64,000 nucleotides of DNA from a virus. This document shows positions 41,084 through 50,133 of this stretch, piece by piece. Made by a program: the position numbers and the translations under genes. The notes below the pieces were generated by a model. The model was not told where the DNA came from, did not search any database, and saw only the letters and a list, made by a program, of their open reading frames with translations. The stretch's first letter is position 1. Every line of letters starts with the position of its first letter. The DNA lies in IMG/VR virus record IMGVR_UViG_3300036770_007703, positions 21,289 to 85,288 of that record; one strand, 5' to 3'.

Positions 41084-41549
41084 TCACATCAAACAACTCA
41101 AAGCCGAAGGCAAAAAGATCGGCATCACTTTCAGCACCTTTGATATGCTGCATGCCGGGCACATCGCCATGCTGAGTGAAGCCAAGAACCACTGCGATTA
41201 TCTCATCTGTGGCTTGCAGACCGATCCCACCATAGATCGTCCCGACACCAAGAACCGTCCAGTGCAGAGCATAGTAGAACGCCAGATCCAGTTGGCCGCT
41301 TGCCGCTATGTGGACGAAGTGGTGGTGTATGAGACCGAGCAGGATCTCGTGGATCTCTTGCTGATCCTGCCCTTGGATGTTCGCATCCTGGGAGTAGAGT
41401 ACGAAGGCAAACACTTCAGCGGCCGGGACGAATGCGAACATCGCTGCATCGACATCATCTTCAATGCCCGAGATCACAGTTTCTCTAGTTCAAGTTTGCG
41501 CAAGCGTGTGGTTCAAGCCGAAGTAGAAAAAGGTCTCCGTCAATCATGA
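41073..41549 (+). CDS. glycerol-3-phosphate cytidylyltransferase-like (TagD-like)
   Basis: STFDMLHAGH, RDHSFSSS. Confidence 0.85.
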   Translation: MIFNHIKQLKAEGKKIGITFSTFDMLHAGHIAMLSEAKNHCDYLICGLQTDPTIDRPDTKNRPVQSIVERQIQLAACRYVDEVVVYETEQDLVDLLLILPLDVRILGVEYEGKHFSGRDECEHRCIDIIFNARDHSFSSSSLRKRVVQAEVEKGLRQS

Positions 41550-42259
41550 AACTCTACATCAACGGTGACAGCCATGCTGCAGCCGCCGAGGCTGTGAATA
41601 CCTATGCTTTTGCCGAAGACGATCACAAATTCTTGTATCTAGGTCGAGCACCGCACCCCGACAATGCTCGCGTGAGCTGGCCACGCAGGCTGGCCGATGT
41701 CATGAAGGCCACTTTGCACAACGACTCTGAAAGTGCCAGCAGCAACGACCGCATCATGCGCACCACGCGCCAGTGGTTGCAACAACATTCGAGATGGTTG
41801 CCCGAGACCTTGGTGATCATACAGTGGAGCACCTGGGAGCGCGAAGAATGGTGGATCGATGGTAGATCCTATCAGGTCACTGCATCTGGTACCGACGATG
41901 TGCCAGAAAATCACCGCGAACAATACAAGCAATTTGTGAGCCAGATCAATTGGCAGCAGACCACGAAACGAGCACATCAGCGTGTGTGGGATTTCCACGT
42001 CGAGCTCCAGAATCTGGGCGTGCGCCATGTGTTCATGAACGGCAACAATCATTTTGGTGACATTTCTGGACCAGAACAACGCGACTGGCAAGGCAGCTAC
42101 ATCTCTCCGTATGACCCCGCGGGCACCTATGATGCGTGGCTCAAACACAACGGATTCCACACGGTTTCTCCAAAATCCTGGCATTTTGGACGAGATGCTC
42201 ATGCGGCCTGGGCCAATTTTGTGTTACAATATGTTATCGACAACCAACTCATGACATGA
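41546..42259 (+). CDS. SGNH/GDSL-like protein
   Basis: YINGDSH, SSNDRI, IQWS, WHFGRDAH. Confidence 0.65.
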   Translation: MKLYINGDSHAAAAEAVNTYAFAEDDHKFLYLGRAPHPDNARVSWPRRLADVMKATLHNDSESASSNDRIMRTTRQWLQQHSRWLPETLVIIQWSTWEREEWWIDGRSYQVTASGTDDVPENHREQYKQFVSQINWQQTTKRAHQRVWDFHVELQNLGVRHVFMNGNNHFGDISGPEQRDWQGSYISPYDPAGTYDAWLKHNGFHTVSPKSWHFGRDAHAAWANFVLQYVIDNQLMT

Positions 42260-42262
42260 TCT

Positions 42263-43264
42263 ATGCGATATCTATTGATGGACACTGCCAATGTATTTTT
42301 CCGAGCCAGGCACGCGGCTTTTCGTGCCGCTGACGCTTGGGAAAAAGTCGGCTACGCTCTGCACATCACCTTGAGTTCTATCAACAAGGTGTATCGGCAG
42401 TTTCCCGCAGATCATGTGGTGTTTGCGCTGGAGGGTCGCAGTTGGCGCAAAGATGTGTATGCACCCTACAAGCGCAATCGTGCCGATGCCCGGGCAGCTC
42501 TCACTGAAAAAGAACGCGAAGAAGATCAGCTGTTCTGGGAAACCTATGATAATCTGACTAAATACTTGGCTGAAAACACCAACTGCTCGGTGATCAGACA
42601 CGAGCGAGCCGAAGCTGATGACGTGATAGCTCGCTGGATAGCATTACATCCCAACGACGAACACATCATCGTTTCCAGCGACACTGACTTTGCACAACTC
42701 TTGGCCCACAACGTGCGCCAATACAATGGCATCACAGACGAGTTGATCTCCATCCAGGGCGTGTTTGACAGCAAAGGCAACCCAGTCATTGACAAAAAAA
42801 CCAAAAATCCCAAAACAGTTGATGATCCACGATGGATCTTGTTTGAAAAGTGCATGCGTGGCGATCCCACTGACAATGTGTTTTCGGCTTATCCCGGGGT
42901 GCGTGTGAAAGGTACCAAAAACAAAGTGGGATTGCAAGAAGCCTTTGAAGATCGCGAGCGCCAGGGCTATGCTTGGAACAATCTCATGCTGAGCCGATGG
43001 ACCGATCATGACGGACAAGAACATCGTGTGTTGGACGATTACCTCAGGAATCGAACGCTGATAGATCTCACAGCACAGCCCGATGACATCAAGCAGCTGG
43101 TGGACCAGGCCATACGTGATGGTGTCAGCCACAAGGACGTGGGACAGGTGGGCGTGAGATTCATGAAGTTTTGCGGAAAATTCGAGTTAAATCGTGTCAG
43201 TGAATCAGCCGAGCAGTTTGGGCAGTGGCTGAACAAGACATATCAAGGAGTGTTAGATGCTTAA
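42263..43264 (+). CDS. RNase H / 5'-3' flap exonuclease (T4 rnh-like)
   Basis: LMDTAN, SWRK..Y..YK.NR, EADD, SSDTDF.QL, GDPTDNV. Confidence 0.9.
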   Translation: MRYLLMDTANVFFRARHAAFRAADAWEKVGYALHITLSSINKVYRQFPADHVVFALEGRSWRKDVYAPYKRNRADARAALTEKEREEDQLFWETYDNLTKYLAENTNCSVIRHERAEADDVIARWIALHPNDEHIIVSSDTDFAQLLAHNVRQYNGITDELISIQGVFDSKGNPVIDKKTKNPKTVDDPRWILFEKCMRGDPTDNVFSAYPGVRVKGTKNKVGLQEAFEDRERQGYAWNNLMLSRWTDHDGQEHRVLDDYLRNRTLIDLTAQPDDIKQLVDQAIRDGVSHKDVGQVGVRFMKFCGKFELNRVSESAEQFGQWLNKTYQGVLDA

Positions 43265-43706
43265 AGCCAAGACCATCGTTCCCAATCAGTACTGGATATT
43301 GCGCGACAGTGATCGCAAGATTGGCAACATCGAAGCCAACAGTTCGGGTTATGCCATCAATTATGTGGATGGCAAGACCATGCAATTCGAGGATCTCAAG
43401 ATCTTGCAACAACGACTAGACGTGGATTTTGAATCTGTGCCGCGTGTGGCCACCAAAACCACCACCAATCAAGTGCATGGCTATCCCACGAACCGTCGTC
43501 CCTACAATCCCATGTTTGATGTCAAACACCAGCTTCCGTTGTGGACATCAGAACCACGCAGTCGATCCTGGTTGGCCGCGGGATGGTATCGAGTGAGTCG
43601 CAACGGCCGCGATTGGAAAATCGTGCAATGTCCCAAACTGATCATGCTGGAAAGATATCCCTATCAAGGTCCGTTTCACACCGCTGACGCGGCACGCAAA
43701 GCATGA
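43257..43706 (+). CDS. hypothetical protein
   Basis: SD AAGGAG. Confidence 0.7.
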   Translation: MLKAKTIVPNQYWILRDSDRKIGNIEANSSGYAINYVDGKTMQFEDLKILQQRLDVDFESVPRVATKTTTNQVHGYPTNRRPYNPMFDVKHQLPLWTSEPRSRSWLAAGWYRVSRNGRDWKIVQCPKLIMLERYPYQGPFHTADAARKA

Positions 43707-43903
43707 GCCTGCACATCTCTCGTCTCATCGACAAGATTCGCGCAGCCGAAAGCCGACAGCAACGCGACATAATACTCACCATCAACGAAGCCCGTGATCT
43801 TCACGGCGAAATCACTCGATTGTTGTTGGCCTTGGAACAGTTGCGCACTGTCCAGGTAGATCAACAAACCGTGACTGTGGAGATGCAAGGAGGGTCGTTC
43901 TAA
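43703..43903 (+). CDS. hypothetical protein
   Basis: ATGA overlap. Confidence 0.6.
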   Translation: MSLHISRLIDKIRAAESRQQRDIILTINEARDLHGEITRLLLALEQLRTVQVDQQTVTVEMQGGSF

Positions 43904-43933
43904 CAATCCTATGATAAATAATCATAGGAGATA

Positions 43934-44245
43934 ATGATGAGCAGACCCAAACCTCGAATACTCACCGAGATCACAGACAAGAAAACCTATCGAACCGAAC
44001 AGGTGTTAGCAGCCACTGGCATCTATGCGGTTTTCTATGACGGTGCTCCCATCAATCTCAAAACTGCCAACATGCTGGTGCAGTATCCGGGACCCAAGTA
44101 CAAAAAGGTGAGTTTTTCCAACAGTGGACATGCCATTAACCTGGCTCGCAAGCTCAATAGCATGTTCCATACCGACAAGTTTTCGGTGGTGTTATTGCAA
44201 CAAGGCAACACCATTTATCCCAGTGAATCACCATCGAAAAACTGA
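43934..44245 (+). CDS. hypothetical protein
   Basis: TAAATA (43915) plus SD AGGAG. Confidence 0.7.
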   Translation: MMSRPKPRILTEITDKKTYRTEQVLAATGIYAVFYDGAPINLKTANMLVQYPGPKYKKVSFSNSGHAINLARKLNSMFHTDKFSVVLLQQGNTIYPSESPSKN

Positions 44246-44588
44246 GATCACGCTTTGGGTGCTAGACAAACTGGAAATCCGGCACCATCTAGATCAAGCC
44301 TTGAATTCTTGGTATTTCAATCTCAGGAAAAATGGTGGTTTGAGATTGACGCAGGTCGGGCGACAATGTTTCGAGAAGGCCGGTGTGCAATGCTGGCGCC
44401 TTGACATCGATCCGCGAGGAATAGACAAACGCATCTTACTCGAGCTTGATCGCAAACTGGAATGGCCATACTACATAGATTTCCGGAAAAAGAGTTTGAT
44501 TTTTTACAGCAGTCGCGAAGCCATGATGGCCACGCTCTACGGTGATCTCCGTGCTTGGTTGTGCGGAATCGACCAGGTTGACCAATAA
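44223..44588 (+). CDS. hypothetical protein
   Basis: In-frame GTG at 44223; start uncertain. Confidence 0.55.
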   Translation: MNHHRKTEITLWVLDKLEIRHHLDQALNSWYFNLRKNGGLRLTQVGRQCFEKAGVQCWRLDIDPRGIDKRILLELDRKLEWPYYIDFRKKSLIFYSSREAMMATLYGDLRAWLCGIDQVDQ

Positions 44589-44638
44589 ATCATTTCTGTG
44601 TAAACTACAACAGAAGCATAAAAGAAAGGAAACATGCT

Positions 44639-44989
44639 ATGAAACACGCACTTGCAGGAATCGCTGTCATTGCAGCCTTGGCTTCCGCACCGGTGCAAGC
44701 CAAAGACGGGCAGATCACAGCAGCCGTGATCGGTGGTATCATTGGTTACAGCATCGCCAACAGCCAATCCAGCCCTTATCCGGCCATGCCCGTTTATCGC
44801 GAGTCTCCGGTGTATGCACCAGCCCCGTCTCTGCCACCGGTGGTGATCAATTTTCCCACGGACCAGGGACGACATCGTCATCACGGATATCACGGATATC
44901 ACGGTCATCGTGGAGCCTGCGATCCCGTGCGGGTCCCGGTGTATCGACATGGCAGGATCGTGGAATATATCCAGCACTGCTCGCGCTGA
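44639..44989 (+). CDS. exported/membrane protein with signal peptide and glycine-zipper-like helix
   Basis: MKHALAGIAVIAALASAPVQA signal; AAVIGGIIGYSIA; His/Gly-rich tail. Confidence 0.65.
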   Translation: MKHALAGIAVIAALASAPVQAKDGQITAAVIGGIIGYSIANSQSSPYPAMPVYRESPVYAPAPSLPPVVINFPTDQGRHRHHGYHGYHGHRGACDPVRVPVYRHGRIVEYIQHCSR

Positions 44990-45034
44990 TGTTGGTAAGC
45001 ACTAACTAACTTTTGGGTTAGTGCTTGCTAACAT
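44989..45034. repeat. 19-bp inverted repeat / hairpin
   Basis: ATGTTGGTAAGCACTAACT pairs with GGTTAGTGCTTGCTAACAT (3 G-T pairs). Confidence 0.75.
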
Positions 45035-45040
45035 GCGAGG

Positions 45041-45069
45041 TTGACCAGAAATTGCCATTTTCGTATAAT
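45041..45069 (+). promoter_or_regulatory. sigma70-type promoter
   Basis: TTGACC-17 nt-TATAAT; ATG 6 nt downstream (leaderless). Confidence 0.75.
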
Positions 45070-45075
45070 ACGAGT

Positions 45076-45420
45076 ATGGACACTAAGAAAACACCCCGTA
45101 AAAAGCGAGCAGATCGCACACACATCGTGTACCGTATTTCGTCGGGACGTGACTTCTACATCGGAGTCACTGCCAAGACTGAGAGCACCGTGCTCAAAAG
45201 TGTGCGAGTTCGCATGAACAAGCATCTCTATCGCAGCCGTAGCGAAGACAAATCTTGGGCACTCTACGAGGCACTACGGGCTCGTGGTCCCGAATCGTTT
45301 GTGTTCGAGATCGTGGCTGTGGTGCGTGGCAAGTCGGCTGCGCACCAATTCGAGCGTGGCTTGATCCGCGAACTGAGACCCACACTCAACACCGATGTGA
45401 GAGAAAGGCAGGCAGCATGA
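45076..45420 (+). CDS. GIY-YIG-like nuclease
   Basis: HIVYRI...FYIGVT...R..KH...FE..LI...PTLN. Confidence 0.65.
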   Translation: MDTKKTPRKKRADRTHIVYRISSGRDFYIGVTAKTESTVLKSVRVRMNKHLYRSRSEDKSWALYEALRARGPESFVFEIVAVVRGKSAAHQFERGLIRELRPTLNTDVRERQAA

Positions 45421-45620
45421 ACAAACGGATACGAGAACTTGCTGAACAGGCTGGATACCAGGAAGATATGTTTGGCATAGGACACTGGGACATGCCGGAA
45501 TGTAAAAAGTTCGCCGAGTTGATCGTCAGGGAGTGTGCTGACATCGCTGATGGCCTGCTGGAAGACAACACTGGCTCAGAAGTCATGTTCCGGATCAAAG
45601 AACATTTCGGAGTCGAATGA
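45417..45620 (+). CDS. small protein, MNKRIRELAEQAG family (copy 1)
   Basis: Paralogue of 46160-46357. Confidence 0.7.
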   Translation: MNKRIRELAEQAGYQEDMFGIGHWDMPECKKFAELIVRECADIADGLLEDNTGSEVMFRIKEHFGVE

Positions 45621-45790
45621 TGAATGTGTTCTTAGTGTACTACCAAGAAGCAGATTATGCTGGTGATGTGGGTCGCACGGTCTGGGATGGCGTGTACGAT
45701 TCAAGAGAAAAAGCACAGGCTCGAGTAGATGAGTTGAACAAAGAAGAAGGCGTCGAAGACGCTGACTACGAACCATTTGAGGTGAAATGA
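45617..45790 (+). CDS. small acidic hypothetical protein, not in track
   Basis: Translated by hand (MMNVFLVYYQEAD...); ATGA overlaps. Confidence 0.55.
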   Translation: MMNVFLVYYQEADYAGDVGRTVWDGVYDSREKAQARVDELNKEEGVEDADYEPFEVK

Positions 45791-45951
45791 TGAAAGCCAT
45801 ATATTTTGATTCGGATTGGCCTGAAGAATTTGGTGAGACTATATTGGTTACATATGTAAGGACCGATGAACAAGAATCCGATGCTGTGCTCCGTGCTATG
45901 GAATTATATGGTCCAGATAAAGACTATTATCTGAAAGAAATAATGAGATGA
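45787..45951 (+). CDS. small hypothetical protein, not in track
   Basis: Translated by hand (MMKAIYFDSDW...); SD GAGG. Confidence 0.5.
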   Translation: MMKAIYFDSDWPEEFGETILVTYVRTDEQESDAVLRAMELYGPDKDYYLKEIMR

Positions 45952-46160
45952 TGAGAACTGGACAAACCTTGAATGTTGTTGCAAGTGGTAAGGGTAAATC
46001 AATTTTTTGGAGTGAAATGATGAATTACGCCGTGGTCATTTGCCATGCAGGTGAACAGGTTCGCTTGGCTTGCGATACCATGGAACAAGCACAGATAGTG
46101 CGCCGCAGTTTCGTCAACTGGGGTGGCATGGGGTTTGATATTCGAATTGAGGTAAAGTGA
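45948..46160 (+). CDS. hypothetical protein
   Basis: ORF track; start uncertain. Confidence 0.5.
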   Translation: MMRTGQTLNVVASGKGKSIFWSEMMNYAVVICHAGEQVRLACDTMEQAQIVRRSFVNWGGMGFDIRIEVK

Positions 46161-46357
46161 TGAACGAACGTATCCGAGAACTTGCTGAACAGGCTGGCTA
46201 CAAACCACTATCGCCTCCGACTTTTGCTGATGAGTTGAATGAAATTTTTATGCGAAAGTTCGCCGAGCTGATTGTTAGAGAATGTGCTAACCAATGCCTG
46301 AGTGATGACAGTATGCGTATTCTAAATCATATGGGTGTAAAGGCAGAGGAATCGTGA
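46160..46357 (+). CDS. small protein, MNERIRELAEQAG family (copy 2)
   Basis: Paralogue of 45417-45620; SD GAGG. Confidence 0.7.
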   Translation: MNERIRELAEQAGYKPLSPPTFADELNEIFMRKFAELIVRECANQCLSDDSMRILNHMGVKAEES

Positions 46358-46509
46358 CCAAAGTCAAGACACAGACACGACAGCGCAACTGGGTGGCCAA
46401 GCACAACTTCAATCGCCCGGCACGCCATCGTAATCGCACCGATTATCAACGGCGTGCCAAGCATGCCCAAAAGTTTGACCTTAAATCCCTAAGAAAGGAA
46501 ATGACATGA
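46354..46509 (+). CDS. small very basic protein (RNWVAKHNFNRPARH...YQRRAKH), not in track
   Basis: GTG start with SD GAGG; overlaps both neighbours. Confidence 0.55.
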   Translation: MTKVKTQTRQRNWVAKHNFNRPARHRNRTDYQRRAKHAQKFDLKSLRKEMT

Positions 46510-46688
46510 GCAAATTCCGCAGTTGGTATACACGACATCAAGACGCCATCACCTGGTGGATCATTGGATTCTGGACCGCGACCATGATCGACGCTGTGGC
46601 CAAACAGAACTGGAGCATGCTCGCTCTGGGTCTGCTGGTGGTTGTCAGTAACTGGTTCTTTTACAGCCATCGATTGGTGGAACAATGA
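46506..46688 (+). CDS. small two-TM membrane protein
   Basis: Two hydrophobic stretches; SD AAGGA. Confidence 0.6.
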   Translation: MSKFRSWYTRHQDAITWWIIGFWTATMIDAVAKQNWSMLALGLLVVVSNWFFYSHRLVEQ

Positions 46689-46909
46689 TAGAGATTCCGG
46701 GACTTAATGCACTGCAACGCGACTTGTGCGATCGCATCTGGAGCATGGAATCCAAGGAAGAGATCGAGTCTTGGTTTGATACCTTGCCTAGGAATGTGCA
46801 GATACAAGCCTATGCCATGCTCAATCTCATAGTGGCCGAGATGCTGGACCAAGAAGATCTCGATCTCACCACCGCCAACCTCGTGATCGAACGTGTGAAA
46901 TCATGCTGA
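46685..46909 (+). CDS. hypothetical protein
   Basis: ORF track. Confidence 0.6.
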   Translation: MIEIPGLNALQRDLCDRIWSMESKEEIESWFDTLPRNVQIQAYAMLNLIVAEMLDQEDLDLTTANLVIERVKSC

Positions 46910-47583
46910 TGTATCAAGAGATAGTGGCCTACAATCAGGCCCGGCGCAGGCTCTCCAACTCGAATTATGCCTGGCTGCAAATCGATCACACTCGAGAAAG
47001 CGACAAGTTGTTGGCGTTCACTGCCGAGAAACATGCACGCATCGAAAGCCAACACAATTTCAACTGGCTGATCCAGCAGGCTCGAGAGCTTGGTGCCAGT
47101 GTGTTGGTGTTCACTCCCAACATTGTGCAATTACTGGGACGAAAACTCAACGACCGTGTGTTAGACACAGTGTGGTGCCAACAATGGCAGAAAGACTATC
47201 AGGACTTTCTCAATCGCGAATACCGCACCCATACCATCATGCGTCAAGACACCGATCTTGGATCAGTGGCTGTGTTCCGGGACTACAATCTCACCATGAC
47301 CATGCCAGAATATCAAGGCGTGTACGACGTTGGCACCGAACAACGCATGACAAATCGTCGACACACCATCGAAGTGTTTTGGCAATACGGGTTCACAGCG
47401 CGGCGTGGCCGGCCGCTCAATGTGGGCGACCTCAACTGGAGCGGTCAGAGAAACGAGATCGAAGAGATGTGTGAGTTGGCTGATAGATACTGGGACCGGA
47501 CACGCAACAGCGAGGTGGCCCGCAAGTTTTGCAGTGCCTATACTTCCATCAATCGCTATCATGCCTGGCCCGGCCATTGGTGA
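46903..47583 (+). CDS. hypothetical protein
   Basis: ORF track. Confidence 0.6.
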   Translation: MLMYQEIVAYNQARRRLSNSNYAWLQIDHTRESDKLLAFTAEKHARIESQHNFNWLIQQARELGASVLVFTPNIVQLLGRKLNDRVLDTVWCQQWQKDYQDFLNREYRTHTIMRQDTDLGSVAVFRDYNLTMTMPEYQGVYDVGTEQRMTNRRHTIEVFWQYGFTARRGRPLNVGDLNWSGQRNEIEEMCELADRYWDRTRNSEVARKFCSAYTSINRYHAWPGHW

Positions 47584-47640
47584 CATTGTCACAATTTGAT
47601 CGGTGTTTTTTCGTAAATACTTGTCAAGGAGGAGTGAGCC

Positions 47641-47799
47641 ATGAAACAGCGCAAGTTGATTCGACGGTTGTACGAGGCTTGCTTCGCCCACGACACAGAA
47701 AGATTAGCCCAGCTCCGTGAACTGGAGTTTGCTAAGATCCTGAAACGCCGGGCCGAAGGCAAGCAGTTCGACGCCAAATGGACCTTGGTACGGATCTAG
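47641..47799 (+). CDS. small basic protein (MKQRKLIRRLYEAC...), not in track
   Basis: TAAATA at 47614, SD AAGGAGG, 52 codons to TAG. Confidence 0.65.
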   Translation: MKQRKLIRRLYEACFAHDTERLAQLRELEFAKILKRRAEGKQFDAKWTLVRI

Positions 47800-48806
47800 A
47801 TGATATCTACCAGGTTGTCTCGGAAAATGGACCAGCAGTGATGCCAGGTCCATTTTTCACTGCTGGCCTGCACGACTGATCTATCCAAACTCAGGCAACG
47901 CCGGATGGCCTCGGCGAGGTCTTCGCCCAAGTAACCATTCACTCCTGGTTCCACGATGTCCAGGGGCCCTGGACACGGATGACCGGCCACGGGAGTGCCT
48001 ACGCTGAGACTTTCGATCATGACTATGCCAAATGTGTCAGTGAGGCTGGGGAAAGCAAACACATCGGCCTGGGCATAACAGTCGGCCAATGCTGATCCGG
48101 ATCTATAACCCGGGAATCGAACTCTACGATAAGTTTGCTCCAGTCGCGCACGATCGGGGCCATCGCCCACTATGGTGATGTCAAATTCGTCCTGCAGTCT
48201 GCATAGTTCGTCGAGATTTTTTTCCACACTGATCCTGCCCACGTTGAGAACTCGTGGTCTTTGATTGAACCGACGCTCGTGTTTCCAGGGCTGACTGGGG
48301 CGCAGGTGATCTCGGTCCACACCGCGAGTCCAGGCCCGGATGTCTCCACGGAACCCTCGATCCTGTAGTTCTCGCACCATGGTGTCGGTGGTGGTGAGCA
48401 CACGACCTGAATGCTTGTGGAACCAACGCAGATAACGATAGGTCCAGCTCACAGGTATGCCATACATTTTATGCACGAATTCCGGGAACCTTGTGTGATA
48501 GCTGGTGTTGTAACGCCAACCACGATGGTCTAACCAAAGCCGCGCCGCAAGACCCAGCGTCCCTTCAGTAGCGATATGCACATGATCCGGAGCGATCTCA
48601 AGTATCCGCCTACCAATGCCACGCGGCCAAGAGACCTTGACTTCAGGGTAACCAGGGCAATCGCAATGAGGGAACTGCCCGGGGTCAAGATAAACAACAT
48701 CGTAACCATCACTGCCAGCAACACGTTCGAGATTGCGGAAAGTAGTGACCACGCCATTTATCTGCTCCGGTAGATTGTCGGTGACGATCAGGATCGTTTT
48801 TCGCAT
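47796..48806 (-). CDS. GT4 glycosyltransferase (Agt / glycolipid-synthase-like)
   Basis: IVTD..PEQINGV, HIATEG, YHTRFPE, VGRISVEKN, FPSLTDTFGIVMIES. Confidence 0.88.
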   Translation of the reverse strand: MRKTILIVTDNLPEQINGVVTTFRNLERVAGSDGYDVVYLDPGQFPHCDCPGYPEVKVSWPRGIGRRILEIAPDHVHIATEGTLGLAARLWLDHRGWRYNTSYHTRFPEFVHKMYGIPVSWTYRYLRWFHKHSGRVLTTTDTMVRELQDRGFRGDIRAWTRGVDRDHLRPSQPWKHERRFNQRPRVLNVGRISVEKNLDELCRLQDEFDITIVGDGPDRARLEQTYRRVRFPGYRSGSALADCYAQADVFAFPSLTDTFGIVMIESLSVGTPVAGHPCPGPLDIVEPGVNGYLGEDLAEAIRRCLSLDRSVVQASSEKWTWHHCWSIFRDNLVDII

Positions 48807-48967
48807 CGTCCCTCCATTCGAAAATTGTCAAACTTCAAACGATAGGTCATGGTGGACAACACCTGTTCGCAGGTGGCTTGATCCGCGAACGTGAGTTCTA
48901 CACGACCGGGAATGTCTCGGGGATTATTGACGTGCACCGCTATCAATATCATCAACCACATCATCAT
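48788..48967 (-). CDS. small exported protein (MMMWLMILIAVHVNNP...), not in track
   Basis: Translated by hand; hydrophobic N-terminus, two Cys; bridges the two minus-strand genes. Confidence 0.5.
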   Translation of the reverse strand: MMMWLMILIAVHVNNPRDIPGRVELTFADQATCEQVLSTMTYRLKFDNFRMEGRCEKRS

Positions 48968-49712
48968 GCTCCCGTGTCCAAGTCACGATTTCCCACTTGC
49001 CATCTAGATGCTCGACCAGGGCTGTGCAACTTTCCACCCAGTCGCCGTCATTCATGTATACCACTCCATCAATGTTTTTGATCTCAGCATGATGAATATG
49101 TCCACAGATGACTCCGTCAAAACCGCGTTTTCGGCAGTAGGCCGCGAGATTTTGTTCGAACTGAAACATGAAGTCCACGGCCTTCTTGACACGATGCTTG
49201 AGAAACTTAGACAGGCTCCAATAACCAAAACCAAATCTACGACGTATCCAATTGAACTTGGAATTGAGAGCCAGGATGAAATCATATGCGCGATCTCCAA
49301 GAAACGACAACCAGGGCGCCAATCTGGTGATACCGTCGAAGAGATCTCCGTGTGTCACGAGATATCGGCGTGAATCTAGTCCCACGTGTTCGGCTTGGTT
49401 GACGACATTGATACGTCCGAACGTGAAGCCCAGCGGAATCATTGGTCGCAAGAACTCGTCGTGATTACCGGCCACGTACACCACATGTGTACCGCGTTTG
49501 GCATGTCCCAACACTCGTCGTACCACATTGGTGTGACTCTGTCGCCAACGCAGTTTGTTCTGTTGCATTTTCCAACCATCAATGATGTCGCCCACGAGAT
49601 ACAAGGTGTCACAGGAGTTGTGTTTGAGGAAATTGTTGAGCTGTTCGGCTTTGCAGTCCCGAGTACCCAGATGAACATCGCTGATGAATATGGCACGATA
49701 ACGCATGTCCAT
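48924..49712 (-). CDS. metallophosphoesterase, PlcP-type phospholipase C / LpxH-like
   Basis: FISDVHLG, LVGDIIDGW, AGNHD, THGD.FD, CGHIHH, NDGDWVESCTALVE; paired with GT4 gene. Confidence 0.8.
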   Translation of the reverse strand: MDMRYRAIFISDVHLGTRDCKAEQLNNFLKHNSCDTLYLVGDIIDGWKMQQNKLRWRQSHTNVVRRVLGHAKRGTHVVYVAGNHDEFLRPMIPLGFTFGRINVVNQAEHVGLDSRRYLVTHGDLFDGITRLAPWLSFLGDRAYDFILALNSKFNWIRRRFGFGYWSLSKFLKHRVKKAVDFMFQFEQNLAAYCRKRGFDGVICGHIHHAEIKNIDGVVYMNDGDWVESCTALVEHLDGKWEIVTWTREHDDVVDDIDSGARQ

Positions 49713-49776
49713 TTATTTAACCAGAAGGTGGCACCGATAACTCACAGGATAAGTATCACAAAAATGTAACACTGGC

Positions 49777-49805
49777 TTGACTTAAATATCTCGATACTGT
49801 ATACT
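49777..49805 (+). promoter_or_regulatory. sigma70-type promoter for tRNA
   Basis: TTGACT-17 nt-TATACT directly upstream of tRNA. Confidence 0.7.
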
Positions 49806-49813
49806 GTGAACAT

Positions 49814-49890
49814 GGGCCTTTAGCTCAGTTGGTTAGAGCAGGCGACTCATAATCGCTTGGTCGGGGGTTCAAGTCCCTCAAGGCCCACCA
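49814..49890 (+). tRNA. tRNA-Ile2 (anticodon CAT, lysidine type)
   Basis: Full cloverleaf with CCA; GGCGACTCATAATCGCT arm resembles bacterial ileX rather than Met tRNAs. Confidence 0.85.
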
Positions 49891-49905
49891 AACAAAACAC
49901 ATACC

Positions 49906-50133
49906 ATGACCGATCAAGACAAAAAACTCAAAGTAGAATTTGCGCCCGGATGTTTCGACGACTTCGATGGCACACAACAAGAACTGGACGAATTGGTGGC
50001 CGAAATACATCGATTGGTCGAAACCGGCGAAATCTTCGAAAACAGTGTGGATCTCGACATCGAAGATCTCGAGGATGCACGACAGCAATTACTGGATCAG
50101 GATGTTCAGCCCAGGCCACGCACTCGACAGTAA
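49906..50133 (+). CDS. acidic hypothetical protein
   Basis: ORF track. Confidence 0.65.
   Translation: MTDQDKKLKVEFAPGCFDDFDGTQQELDELVAEIHRLVETGEIFENSVDLDIEDLEDARQQLLDQDVQPRPRTRQ

Noticed and set aside
49814-49890. tRNA-Met
   Set aside because: The body sequence resembles lysidine-modified tRNA-Ile2.
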